A stretch of DNA of 64,000 nt, from NCBI GenBank assembly GCA_035370405.1, contig DAOOVT010000001.1, forward strand, positions 485 through 64,484, read 5' to 3'. The notes beneath the pieces are model-generated. The model was not told the DNA's origin. It worked only from the letters and a program-made list of their open reading frames with translations, and did no database searches. The translations under genes and the position numbers were made by a program. The stretch's first letter is position 1, and each line of letters starts with the position of its first letter. Of this stretch, positions 50,112-59,269 are shown piece by piece. The DNA comes from Candidatus Dojkabacteria bacterium (GTDB lineage Bacteria > Patescibacteriota > Dojkabacteria > SC72).

Positions 50112-50171
50112 TCATTCCCTACTCTTTTGCATTGACTATTTCTCCATTGTATAATAGACTTCTTTCAGGAT

Positions 50172-50248
50172 GCCGAAGTAGCTCAGTTGGTCAGAGCAGC
50201 TGTTTTGTAAACAGCAGGTCAAGAGTCCGAGTCTCTTCTTCGGCTCCA
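50172..50248 (+). tRNA. tRNA-Thr(TGT)
   Basis: GCCGAAG/CTTCGGC acceptor stem, GCTGT-TT-TGT-AA-ACAGC anticodon arm, CCA encoded; T loop reads TCCGAGT. Confidence 0.93.
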
Positions 50249-50252
50249 TTGT

Positions 50253-50338
50253 GCAGAGATGGCGGAGCGGTCAAACGCGGTGGACTGTAAATCCACTCCC
50301 TTCGGGGTTCATTGGTTCGAATCCAATTCTCTGCACCA
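50253..50338 (+). tRNA. tRNA-Tyr(GTA)
   Basis: GCAGAGA/TCTCTGC acceptor stem, GTGGA-CT-GTA-AA-TCCAC anticodon arm, long variable arm, CCA encoded. Confidence 0.96.
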
Positions 50339-50387
50339 TCTATTATATATGTAACTTTATCTTCATCCCTGATATAATCGATTCACT

Positions 50388-50461
50388 GCTGGATTAGCTC
50401 AGTTGGTTAGAGCACATTCATGGTAAGAATGAGGTCCTGAGTTCGACTCTCAGATCCAGCT
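50388..50461 (+). tRNA. tRNA-Thr(GGT)
   Basis: GCTGGAT/ATCCAGC acceptor stem, CATTC-AT-GGT-AA-GAATG anticodon arm; CCA not encoded; TGATATAAT upstream. Confidence 0.95.
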
Positions 50462-50578
50462 CTCTCTTTAAGAAAAGAATATCGTACGAAATTATTTGAC
50501 CTGTGGAAATATTTCCAATATAATACGGCGATATTTCCCAATATACATAAATAAATCGTAATTTGCACAACTGTAAAA

Positions 50579-50743
50579 ATGGCTAAAGTAAAAAGGGACA
50601 TAATAGCTTTTAAGTGCTCAGAGTGTGGAGAAAGGAATTACACTCAGTTTAAAACTAAGAATGTCAAAGAAAAAATAGAAAAAAGAAAGTACTGTCCAGT
50701 ATGTAAAAAACATACAGTACACAAGGAGACCAAAATAAAATAA
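50579..50743 (+). CDS. rpmG: 50S ribosomal protein L33 (zinc-binding type)
   Basis: Translated by hand (54 aa): MAKVKRDIIAFKCSECGERNY...KYCPVCKKHTVHKETKIK. Confidence 0.95.
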   Translation: MAKVKRDIIAFKCSECGERNYTQFKTKNVKEKIEKRKYCPVCKKHTVHKETKIK

Positions 50744-50766
50744 ATGGCTTGGCTCTTTACCAAGAT

Positions 50767-50842
50767 GGGCTCATAGTTTCAATTGGTAAAACAGCGGTCT
50801 CCAAAACCGTAGTTCACCGTTCGAGTCGGTGTGGGCCTGCCA
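50767..50842 (+). tRNA. tRNA-Trp(CCA)
   Basis: GCGGT-CT-CCA-AA-ACCGT anticodon arm, G73 and CCA; canonical rpmG-trnW-secE position. Confidence 0.95.
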
Positions 50843-50858
50843 AAAAGAATATAGAGTG

Positions 50859-51032
50859 ATGAAAATAATAAAAAATATAATAAATGAAGCGAAGAACACC
50901 AAATGGCCTTCAATGAGAGATGTAGCCACTATGACAATATATACACTAATCGTCTGTGGTATAATTTCCCTAATTATGGCAGGGCTAGACTTAGTCTTAG
51001 CAAAATTAAGAGACCTATTCCTTAACATGTAA
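50859..51032 (+). CDS. secE: Preprotein translocase subunit SecE
   Basis: EAKNTKWPS plus one TM helix; before nusG. Start moved past the tRNA. Confidence 0.92.
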   Translation: MKIIKNIINEAKNTKWPSMRDVATMTIYTLIVCGIISLIMAGLDLVLAKLRDLFLNM

Positions 51033-51042
51033 ATTAAAAAAA

Positions 51043-51606
51043 ATGAGCAAAAAGATTGAGAAAAAAGAAAAGAAAGAGAACCCAAATGCAAAATGGTATG
51101 TACTAAACATAAGAACAGGATACGAGAACAGTGTTCAAAAAGAAATAATGCAAAGAGCAACAGCAACTGGAATGCAAGATAAAATAGTAGACATGCTAGT
51201 TCCCATACAAAAGAAGATCGTTGTAAAGAAAGGGAAACAAGATGTAAAAGAAGAAAAAATATTTCCAGGCTATGTTCTCATTAAAATGGAGCTTGATAAC
51301 GCAACATGGGACTTAGTTCAAAACACAGAAGGAGTCAGAGGATTTGTAAAAACAGACAGATATCCCAAGCCATTAGCAGAATCAGAAGTAAAAGCAATAA
51401 CAAAATTCATGGAAATTGAACAACCTTCATATCAAAGCTCATTTAGTATTGGAGAAGCAGTTAAAATTACTGATGGTGCATTTGCTGACTTCATAGGAAG
51501 CGTACAGGAAATTGACACTACCAAGGGTAAGATAAAAGTCCTCATCTCATTCTTAGGTAGAGAAGCTCCTGTAGAATTAGAGCTTTCTCAAGTTTCTAAA
51601 CTTTAG
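51043..51606 (+). CDS. nusG: Transcription factor NusG
   Basis: WYVL, IFPGYVLI, and KOW motif GEAVKITDGAFADFIG. Confidence 0.97.
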   Translation: MSKKIEKKEKKENPNAKWYVLNIRTGYENSVQKEIMQRATATGMQDKIVDMLVPIQKKIVVKKGKQDVKEEKIFPGYVLIKMELDNATWDLVQNTEGVRGFVKTDRYPKPLAESEVKAITKFMEIEQPSYQSSFSIGEAVKITDGAFADFIGSVQEIDTTKGKIKVLISFLGREAPVELELSQVSKL

Positions 51607-51627
51607 TAAAATTAAAAATATTCAGAT

Positions 51628-52056
51628 ATGGCAAAAGAAATTAAAAAAATAATAAAGATAACTATCCCTGCAGGAATGGCTACAATGGCACCCCCCATAG
51701 GCCCTACCCTAGCCCCATATGGGATAAACACACAAGATTTTTGTGCTCAATTCAATGAAAAAACAAAAGAAAATGGTGGAATATTAACACCAGTCGTTTT
51801 AACTATCTATGAAGACAGAAGTTTTGATTTCATACTCAAAACTCCACCAACTTCTGAATTAATTAGAAGAGAATTAAAAATTAAGAAAGGATCAGGAAAA
51901 CCAAATCTTGAAAAGGTAGGGAAAATTTCAAAAGAACAAATTGCAAAGATTGCAGAGATAAAGATGCCAGACTTAAACACATCAGACCCTAAACAGGCAG
52001 CAAAAATAATTGCTGGTACTGCTAAACAGATGGGCGTTGAGACTGATATTAAATAA
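51628..52056 (+). CDS. rplK: 50S ribosomal protein L11
   Basis: APPIGPTL, FCAQFN, KTPP and KMPDLN. Confidence 0.97.
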   Translation: MAKEIKKIIKITIPAGMATMAPPIGPTLAPYGINTQDFCAQFNEKTKENGGILTPVVLTIYEDRSFDFILKTPPTSELIRRELKIKKGSGKPNLEKVGKISKEQIAKIAEIKMPDLNTSDPKQAAKIIAGTAKQMGVETDIK

Positions 52057-52076
52057 TAATTGTTACCAAAATAACT

Positions 52077-52760
52077 ATGAAAAGAGGAAAAAAATATAAA
52101 AAGATAACACAAGATTTGGATAGAAGTGCTTCATACACACTACAACAAGGAATAAAAAAGATTAAGACCCTCTCCTACTCCAAATTTCCAGGAACACTTG
52201 AATTACACATTGATTTGAAAATACCAAAAGATAAAGATCCAAAATCCTTAAAAGGAGCGGTTTCACTTCCCAATGCTACAAATACTAAAAACATTAAAGT
52301 CGCAGTATTTTGTACTCCTGATAAAGAAGAAGAAGCAAAAAGTGCAGGAGCAGATTTTGTTGGATTAGATAGCTTAATAAAAGAGATAAAAGAAAATGGC
52401 CCTCACTTTGATGTTGCAATTGCAACACCATCTGTTATGCCTAAAATAGCTGTCTTAGGAAAAGAATTAGGTCCAAAAGGCTTAATGCCAAATCCTAAAA
52501 ATGGAACAGTAACAGAAAATATTTCCAAAGCTGTTTCCGAATACAAAAAAGGAAAACAAACATTCGCATGTGATCCATCTGGAGTAGTACATATGGCAGT
52601 AGGATCATTAGACATGGAAGATCAAAAATTAGAAGAAAATATCCATACAGCAATATCAGCAATTTCTGAAGTTGTTGGGAAATCTTATGATCAAATTATA
52701 CAGAGAATGTACATCTGTCCTACAATGGGACCAAGTATAAAGATCAATTATTCCAGATAG
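52077..52760 (+). CDS. rplA: 50S ribosomal protein L1
   Basis: AGADFVG, LGPKGLMPNPKNGT and TMGPS. Confidence 0.97.
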   Translation: MKRGKKYKKITQDLDRSASYTLQQGIKKIKTLSYSKFPGTLELHIDLKIPKDKDPKSLKGAVSLPNATNTKNIKVAVFCTPDKEEEAKSAGADFVGLDSLIKEIKENGPHFDVAIATPSVMPKIAVLGKELGPKGLMPNPKNGTVTENISKAVSEYKKGKQTFACDPSGVVHMAVGSLDMEDQKLEENIHTAISAISEVVGKSYDQIIQRMYICPTMGPSIKINYSR

Positions 52761-52874
52761 CCTTACAACCCTCTTCTACAGCAAACATATCATAGGGAGT
52801 TTACAAGTTTGGCAATACAAACTACAATTATTCTGTCTGCTCTTACAAAACAGAAAAAATGAAAGGAGGCTCAA

Positions 52875-53087
52875 TTGTTAGCTAAAGGAAAGTGGATACT
52901 CATTTATGATAATGGATATAGATATCTAGTATCAATCGCTGGAGATCATTATGAAAGACTAGAAATCATATCAGTAATATCGGAAAACAGTGGTATTGCA
53001 AGAGATGTTAATACTGGAAAGTATTATGAGTACAATAATGAATCTGGTTCTCTCTTTCTCAAAGAATCATTTATCCCATCGGATTAA
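52875..53087 (+). CDS. Small hypothetical protein (70 aa)
   Basis: TTG start with strong SD AAAGGAGG; upstream TTTACA-17-TACAAT; no family recognised. Confidence 0.5.
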   Translation: MLAKGKWILIYDNGYRYLVSIAGDHYERLEIISVISENSGIARDVNTGKYYEYNNESGSLFLKESFIPSD

Positions 53088-53106
53088 ACTGTTTTGTAGA
53101 GCACTC

Positions 53107-53166
53107 TTAGTGAGTCTAATAAGAAATGTAAATTCATTTTTACTTCTGCCCTATTAGACTCACTAA
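53107..53166. terminator. Long hairpin after the small ORF
   Basis: Perfect 15-bp inverted repeat TTAGTGAGTCTAATA/TATTAGACTCACTAA with a 30-nt loop. Confidence 0.5.
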
Positions 53167-53220
53167 TAATATTCTGTGTATTTGTTGATTGATATTAAAT
53201 CATCTGATATAATGCACGAG

Positions 53221-53268
53221 ACTTACCGAAGAAATAAGGTACAAAAATAAATCCTTACGAGGCAAGTG
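53221..53268 (+). ncRNA. Ribosomal protein L10 leader
   Basis: CCGAAGA-A-ATAAGG...CCTTA-C-GAGG pattern between a TGATATAAT promoter and rplJ. Confidence 0.75.
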
Positions 53269-53301
53269 TATGTTCAACTATAATTATTAACTATAACAAA
53301 T

Positions 53302-53823
53302 ATGGCGAAAAGTCACTTACAAAAGGTTGATTTACTAGATAAATATAAACATATCATTCAGAATAAAAAAGGCTACCTACTAGTCAATTCTGACAAAGTC
53401 AATGCTTCTGATGTTGCAAAATTAAAAATACAACTAAAGGAGGCTAATGCTGACTATGCAGTTTTGAAAAACACAGTCTTTAAAATAGCTCTTCAAGAGA
53501 CTAACCAACCACTGCAAACACAGGAAGTAGATGGACCTACAGCAATCATATATTTTGATGAAGATCCTACTTCTCCAGCGAAATTAATAAAGCAGATTCA
53601 AAAAGAAAAAGGCCTTCTCTCAGCAAAATTTGGTGTATTTGAAAATGAATTCCTTTCAAGTGAAAGAGTTATGGAATTAGCAGATATTCCATCGAGAGAT
53701 GTTCTACTTTCAAGGCTTGCAGGATCTATGAATGCATCATTAACAGGATTTATGAACACAATCACAGGAAATATCAAAGGTCTAACTTTGGTTCTTAAAG
53801 GCATTTCTGAAAAAAGTGCTTAA
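53302..53823 (+). CDS. rplJ: 50S ribosomal protein L10
   Basis: LKNTVFKIAL, GPTA and LADIPSRDVL; before rplL. Confidence 0.95.
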   Translation: MAKSHLQKVDLLDKYKHIIQNKKGYLLVNSDKVNASDVAKLKIQLKEANADYAVLKNTVFKIALQETNQPLQTQEVDGPTAIIYFDEDPTSPAKLIKQIQKEKGLLSAKFGVFENEFLSSERVMELADIPSRDVLLSRLAGSMNASLTGFMNTITGNIKGLTLVLKGISEKSA

Positions 53824-53859
53824 TTTAGAAACAATTAATTAACTTAATTCTTTAAAAAT

Positions 53860-54261
53860 ATGGCAGACGAAGCAAAAACACTACCCGAATTGTCAGAAAA
53901 TGGCAAAAAGGTTCTCGAAATAGTCGAAAAAATGACTGTTTTAGAACTCTCTGATTTGGTAAAAGTCATGGAAGACAAATTCGGAGTATCAGCCTCTGCA
54001 CCTGTTGCTATTGCAGCACCAGTTGAGGCTGCACCTGCTGAAGAGGAGAAAACAATGTTCAACATTCTCCTTAAAGATGCAGGAGCAAACAAGATTGGAG
54101 TCATAAAAGCAGTAAGAGAAGTAACAGAACTCGGCTTAAAAGAGGCAAAAGATCTTGTTGATGCTGCACCTCAAGTAGTTAAGGAAAATGTCAAGAAAGA
54201 GGATGCTGAAGCTATAAAAGCAAAATTTGAAGAAGCAGGAGCAACTGTTGAATTACAGTAA
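53860..54261 (+). CDS. rplL: 50S ribosomal protein L7/L12
   Basis: KFGVSA, Ala-rich hinge, and [20 protein letters not shown]. Confidence 0.97.
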   Translation: MADEAKTLPELSENGKKVLEIVEKMTVLELSDLVKVMEDKFGVSASAPVAIAAPVEAAPAEEEKTMFNILLKDAGANKIGVIKAVREVTELGLKEAKDLVDAAPQVVKENVKKEDAEAIKAKFEEAGATVELQ

Positions 54262-54287
54262 GCTACACTACTCTACTTTAAAGAATG

Positions 54288-54320
54288 AAGGGACTGTTTT
54301 TGGACAGTCCTTTTCTTTAT
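54288..54320 (+). terminator. Intrinsic terminator after rplL
   Basis: AAGGGACTGT/ACAGTCCTTT stem followed by a T-rich tract. Confidence 0.75.
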
Positions 54321-54412
54321 TAAATACTAATAAACCTTGCTTCTTTCATATTCATTGGAATATAATTACCTGTGTGATTTTGATATCTAAAATTATCATC
54401 TGATATAGCGAG

Positions 54413-55081
54413 ATGACATATTCCCCATTTACTTCATGGATTCTAGATAATGGTGTCTCTCAACAGACATTAGAACTTCTAGTATCTATAACTGTTGTTG
54501 CAACAATCGTAAGCATATTCAGATACATTTTTGGAGGAAAATCATATGGTATATATTCCCCAATTATTTTAGCAATAGCATACTCATATACTGGTCTTAA
54601 ATATGGACTAGCCATAACTGCCGTTGTCATAATAACAACCCTTGTCTCCTACTCGGTACTGAAAAAGATAAGAATGCATTACATTACAAGAATTGCAATA
54701 AATTACTGCCTTCTAGTAATTGCAATTCTCATGCTCATAATAGCTACCTACAAATATGATTTGGGCTTAAAAAATACATCTATGATATCCCCTCTAGCAC
54801 TTGTATCCATTGCAACTCTTTCTGATTTCTTTGTAAAACAATTTACCCAAAAATCCTTAAAAACTTCATTCTCTCCTCTCATAGGAACAATCGTAATAGC
54901 ATCAATCGGTTGGTACATAATAACTTCTGAGCAAATATCACAGTACATGATTAACAACCTCTGGATAATACCTCTACTCATATTCATAAATATACTCATA
55001 GGACAATTCAAAGAACTTAGAATTAAGGAAATCCTCAGATTTAATTCCATAGTTGGGAACAAGGACAATGCTCAAAAGTAA
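54413..55081 (+). CDS. 7TM domain protein (7TM_transglut-like)
   Basis: About 7 TM helices; FRYIFGGKSYGIYSPI, RMHYITR and GQFKELRIKEILRF; overlaps the next gene. Confidence 0.8.
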   Translation: MTYSPFTSWILDNGVSQQTLELLVSITVVATIVSIFRYIFGGKSYGIYSPIILAIAYSYTGLKYGLAITAVVIITTLVSYSVLKKIRMHYITRIAINYCLLVIAILMLIIATYKYDLGLKNTSMISPLALVSIATLSDFFVKQFTQKSLKTSFSPLIGTIVIASIGWYIITSEQISQYMINNLWIIPLLIFINILIGQFKELRIKEILRFNSIVGNKDNAQK

Positions 55082-56525
55082 AGGTTACAAAGAAATATTA
55101 GGTATCAACAGAAGGAATCAGGAATACATCCGTCCGTATAACTCTGCTAGAGCTAAAAATATTGCAGACAACAAAATTCTTACAAAAAAAATACTAACTG
55201 AAAATGGAATCTTAACACCTAAAATTTACAAAGTTGTAAAAGACAGAAAACAATTAGAATTTTTGAATTGGGATTCACTTCCTAAAAGTTTTGTAATTAA
55301 ACCTAACAAAGGCACAGGAGGCAATGGCATCATTATATTCTACGGGAAGAAAAAAGGACAAACAGCTTGGATAAGACCAAACGGAACTGTAATGTCTAAA
55401 TATGACATCTCCTTACATATTGCAAATATTCTTGATGGAAGATACTCCATGGGAAATAAAAAAGATACAGCAATCATAGAAGAAAGAGTCAAAACAGACC
55501 CTTTTCTTAAGCAATATTCATACAAAGGAGTTCCTGATATAAGGGTAATATGCTTCAAAGGAGTACCCATAATGGCCATGATACGAATTCCAACTAAAAG
55601 ATCAAATGGAACTGCAAATCTACATTCTGGAGCAATATGCACTGGTATAGATATAGCTACAGGAATTACCACATATTCTATGCAAATGGATACAAAAAGT
55701 ATATTTAGTGATGTATATGAAGATATAGAATATACTACAGACCTAGAAGATAATAAAAAGCTCAGTGGTATAACTATTCCTGATTGGAACAAAATACTCG
55801 AAATAGCTCTAAAGTGCCAAAAGGTTACAAAACTTGGATACATTGGAGTAGACATATCAATAGATGCAGAAAAAGGTCCTGTTGTTTTTGAATTAAACGC
55901 TAGACCAGGATTAGGAATACAAGTCGCCAATAAAGCAGGATTAAGATCTAGACTAGAACTAATAAAAGAGGTTGATGTAAAAAGTATCAGACACGGTATA
56001 AAGATTGCAAAAGATCTTTTTGGTGGAGAAATTGAGGAGAGTATAGAATCAATAAGTGGAAGAAAAGTAGTTAATATTATTGAAAAGGTAACATTATTTG
56101 ATAGACAAGCACTTTCTGTCAAAAAGAAAAATAAGAATAATAAACAACCCTCTAAGGTTTTTATGGATACAAGTATTCTCACATCTAGAATTACAGAAGC
56201 AACAGCAAATAGAATTGGTTTCCTTTCAACCACAAAATATTTTAATTCCTTAAACGTTCCTGAAAAATTCAATACACTTAAAGATGCTCAGAAGTATATT
56301 GATGAAAATATTCAAGCACTGACATTAGAAGAAGGAATAAAGAGGATTGCCAAAATTGCAGATGGCAATGATGTGAAGATACGCCCTGTAATAGAAATAT
56401 CTATGGAAATAGCTGAACAGGTTAGATCTCTCGATGTTATAATCGTCCCAGATTTAGAGTATCCTATATCTATGGGAAGAAATGAATTGAAAGGATATTT
56501 AATTGATACCACACATACTTTTTAA
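55068..56525 (+). CDS. Alpha-L-glutamate ligase-like ATP-grasp protein fused to a retropepsin-like (RimK-associated protease) domain
   Basis: LGINRRN, DNKILTK, FVIKPNKGTGGNG, GVPDIRVI, ANLHSG, ELNARPGLGIQVAN; C-terminal MDTS and YPISMGR...GYLID. Confidence 0.85.
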   Translation: MLKSKGYKEILGINRRNQEYIRPYNSARAKNIADNKILTKKILTENGILTPKIYKVVKDRKQLEFLNWDSLPKSFVIKPNKGTGGNGIIIFYGKKKGQTAWIRPNGTVMSKYDISLHIANILDGRYSMGNKKDTAIIEERVKTDPFLKQYSYKGVPDIRVICFKGVPIMAMIRIPTKRSNGTANLHSGAICTGIDIATGITTYSMQMDTKSIFSDVYEDIEYTTDLEDNKKLSGITIPDWNKILEIALKCQKVTKLGYIGVDISIDAEKGPVVFELNARPGLGIQVANKAGLRSRLELIKEVDVKSIRHGIKIAKDLFGGEIEESIESISGRKVVNIIEKVTLFDRQALSVKKKNKNNKQPSKVFMDTSILTSRITEATANRIGFLSTTKYFNSLNVPEKFNTLKDAQKYIDENIQALTLEEGIKRIAKIADGNDVKIRPVIEISMEIAEQVRSLDVIIVPDLEYPISMGRNELKGYLIDTTHTF

Positions 56526-56527
56526 AT

Positions 56528-57520
56528 ATGAAGAAATATGAGGAATATTTGAAAGAGTGTGGAAATGTACATTTAGCATATTACATTTGGGCTGCTAATA
56601 AACTTGGAATTCACTATGAAGTTTTAGTAAAAGGACTCCTTGCACAATTTAGTGATGGAAATGCAATATGGCATATAATAAATACAGCTACTCCATTAAC
56701 AACAACTACGTCAACAACAATATGTAAGAGGAAGAATTTAACTCATATGGTTCTCGAGAGGAATTGTATCGCTGTCCCAAGACAAAAGACCCTACTCTCT
56801 TCCTCCGATGCTGTGAATTTTTTTAATGAATATAAAGATATAGTTATTAAGCCAACACAACAACTTGGAGGAAAGGGAGTATCTATCCTCCCACAGAGCG
56901 AACAAGAAGCATCTGAGGCTTTCGAAAGAGCATCATTAGCCTCTCATTCAAAAACATCTTCCAAAGTTATTGCAGAGCAATTTGTGCATGGACAAAATTA
57001 CAGATTTCTAGTTCTAGGGGATAGTGTTATAGCAGTAGCAAGAAGAAAATCAGCCCATGTTATAGGTGATGGAAAAAGTAATATCAAACAGCTCATAGAA
57101 CAAACAAACATAATTCGTAAAAATTCTTTGTTAAAGCCTATCATCATAGATGATGAGGTTAATCTAAAGCTAAAAAGAGATTTCCTATCATTGGACACTG
57201 TACCAAAAGCTGGACAAGAAATAATATTAAGATATAACTGCAATTTGACTACAGGAGGAACTACAGAAGAATGCATGAGTGAAGTTGACAATTACTATAA
57301 GGAAGTTGCTATAAACGCAGTTAAAATAGTAGGTGCAGAATTTGGAGGAGTAGACATTATTGCAAAAGACATATCCTCCATCGGAGAATTTGCTGTAAAT
57401 GAAATCAACTACAACCCTGGATTAAGACTCCATTACAAAGTTGATAAAGGTAATATTACTGATGTTGCTGTCCCAATAATGCAGTACATTAGAGATAAAT
57501 ATATAAACTTACCAAAATAG
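56528..57520 (+). CDS. Stand-alone cyanophycin synthetase/GshAB-type ATP-grasp protein
   Basis: VIKP..GGKGV, EQFVHGQNYRFLV, VIGDG lid insert, NLTTGG, GVDI and EINYNPGLRLH. Confidence 0.82.
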   Translation: MKKYEEYLKECGNVHLAYYIWAANKLGIHYEVLVKGLLAQFSDGNAIWHIINTATPLTTTTSTTICKRKNLTHMVLERNCIAVPRQKTLLSSSDAVNFFNEYKDIVIKPTQQLGGKGVSILPQSEQEASEAFERASLASHSKTSSKVIAEQFVHGQNYRFLVLGDSVIAVARRKSAHVIGDGKSNIKQLIEQTNIIRKNSLLKPIIIDDEVNLKLKRDFLSLDTVPKAGQEIILRYNCNLTTGGTTEECMSEVDNYYKEVAINAVKIVGAEFGGVDIIAKDISSIGEFAVNEINYNPGLRLHYKVDKGNITDVAVPIMQYIRDKYINLPK

Positions 57521-57527
57521 TACAAAA

Positions 57528-59234
57528 ATGCAAAAAAACACACAAGTACTGCAAGGGTTAAACCTCCTTTCGACAACTTCTCTAGTCACAATAAAAATTC
57601 AAAACAAAGAAAATGTAGAAAAACTACTAAAACAAATAACCTCCTACCACCCAATATTCATAGATAAATACCACTTTGAACAAAATAATCTCTTAATAGA
57701 AACCGCTATCCCATTCGTATGGAGAGAAGCATCAACATATATTCAAAAGCTATCGCAGGGAGAGCTATCATACAAAGATTGTAAGAAGAAAATAGTAGAA
57801 GACATAATAACCCGAAGACTAGCATCTATGTCTACTATTCCTGTTCTCCATTCAGCACACAAACAACAAAAAGAGATAACTCCAACAATAATCTCCGATT
57901 ACAACTCCTCGAAGAATAAGGCTACAGAATCTAAAGGATTTAATAGATATTACACATTAGGCTGTGGTAAGGAATCCCAAGTAATATATTCAATATCCTC
58001 TAGCAAAGATTCAAAAACTGCAAAACAAATACAAAGAGACAAATGGAGCACCAATATGCTAATGGAAAGACTTGGTCTTCCAATACCGAAATGGCAACTA
58101 GTAGGAAGCAAGGCTGATATAGACAAAATCTGGGATAGTTACACAAAACCAGTAGTCATAAAACCTACAGGCCTTGCAGGAGGTAATGGAGTAGTTCTAG
58201 GAATCAAAACAAAAGAACAATGCAAAAAAGCATTTGACTTTGCTCAAAAGGCAACAAATACATTTCCAAGAAGTGCATGGCAGAAAAAAATTATGATACA
58301 AGAACAAGTTCAAGGAGAAGATTACAGACTACTAATAGTCGATGGCAAATTTGAAGTAGGTACAAAAAGAATTCCAGCATTCGTAACTGGTGATGGAAAA
58401 AACAGCATAAAGAAATTAATAGAAGAAGCAAATAAAGATCCAAAAAGAGACCTATCTAACCCATCTCACACACTAAAACCAATAATCATTGACGATCCTC
58501 TACTAGATTATCTAAAACAACAAAAGCTATCTCTCGAAGAAATCCCTCAAAAGGGACAAAAAATACAACTTAGAAAAGTTGCAAGCATGAGTCAAGGAGG
58601 TATCACTGAAGATGTCACAGACCTTGTTGGAGCAGAAATTAGATACATCGCAGAAAGCATAGCTCAATCAATACATGCATTCACTCTGGGTGTAGATGTA
58701 CTTTGCAAAGACATCACTAAACCACTCACAAAGGAAAATGGAGCAATACTCGAGGTAAACACTATGCCAGAAGTATATCTCAACATATTCCCAGTAATAG
58801 GAGAAGAAAAAACAAATGTAATAGACACATATGTAGACAAACTTCTTTCTGGAAATAACACTAAAAGAATTGTAGTTGTAGGGAATCCATCAATAGATAT
58901 CTCTACAATGTTAAAAAGAAAAACATTCATCTGCTCATACTTAAAACAAGATGACGTCGTCGGAGAATATAGAGACAAAGAATTAAGAATAAATGGCCTT
59001 ACAATAAACAAAGAGCTAAAAAAAGAAAAAGCTCTTGAGGCACTAAAAATAAATGCTGCATTAGATGCAATAATACTACATCATAGAAATTGGGAAGAAG
59101 TAGAAGAAACAGGTTTAGGTTTTGAAAAAATAGACCTATTAATAATTACAAAAGATATGAGAAAAGACAAAAGATTTAATCAAATTTTGAGATACAGACT
59201 AAGAGGACTAATTACAAAGATTAAAATTATTTAA
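57528..59234 (+). CDS. Cyanophycin synthetase-like ATP-grasp protein with a degenerate C-terminal Mur-like remnant
   Basis: DKWST, VVIKP..GGNGV, EQVQGEDYRLL, VTGDG, SQGG and EVNTMP; RIVVVG is not followed by the GTNGKT P-loop. Confidence 0.78.
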   Translation: MQKNTQVLQGLNLLSTTSLVTIKIQNKENVEKLLKQITSYHPIFIDKYHFEQNNLLIETAIPFVWREASTYIQKLSQGELSYKDCKKKIVEDIITRRLASMSTIPVLHSAHKQQKEITPTIISDYNSSKNKATESKGFNRYYTLGCGKESQVIYSISSSKDSKTAKQIQRDKWSTNMLMERLGLPIPKWQLVGSKADIDKIWDSYTKPVVIKPTGLAGGNGVVLGIKTKEQCKKAFDFAQKATNTFPRSAWQKKIMIQEQVQGEDYRLLIVDGKFEVGTKRIPAFVTGDGKNSIKKLIEEANKDPKRDLSNPSHTLKPIIIDDPLLDYLKQQKLSLEEIPQKGQKIQLRKVASMSQGGITEDVTDLVGAEIRYIAESIAQSIHAFTLGVDVLCKDITKPLTKENGAILEVNTMPEVYLNIFPVIGEEKTNVIDTYVDKLLSGNNTKRIVVVGNPSIDISTMLKRKTFICSYLKQDDVVGEYRDKELRINGLTINKELKKEKALEALKINAALDAIILHHRNWEEVEETGLGFEKIDLLIITKDMRKDKRFNQILRYRLRGLITKIKII

Positions 59235-59269
59235 ACAAACATAATTAATTTATTAGGAAATATAAATCT

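Noticed and set aside
49912-50115. 67-aa minus-strand ORF
   Set aside because: Better explained by the structured 6S-like RNA on the + strand.
55340-56272. 310-aa antisense ORF
   Set aside because: Lies fully opposite a well-supported ATP-grasp gene; its Ile/Ser/Phe-rich sequence without motifs is typical of a shadow ORF.
56528-59234. Canonical cyanophycin synthetase CphA1, or one frameshifted gene
   Set aside because: Each ORF has its own complete ATP-grasp domain, and neither has the Mur P-loop.
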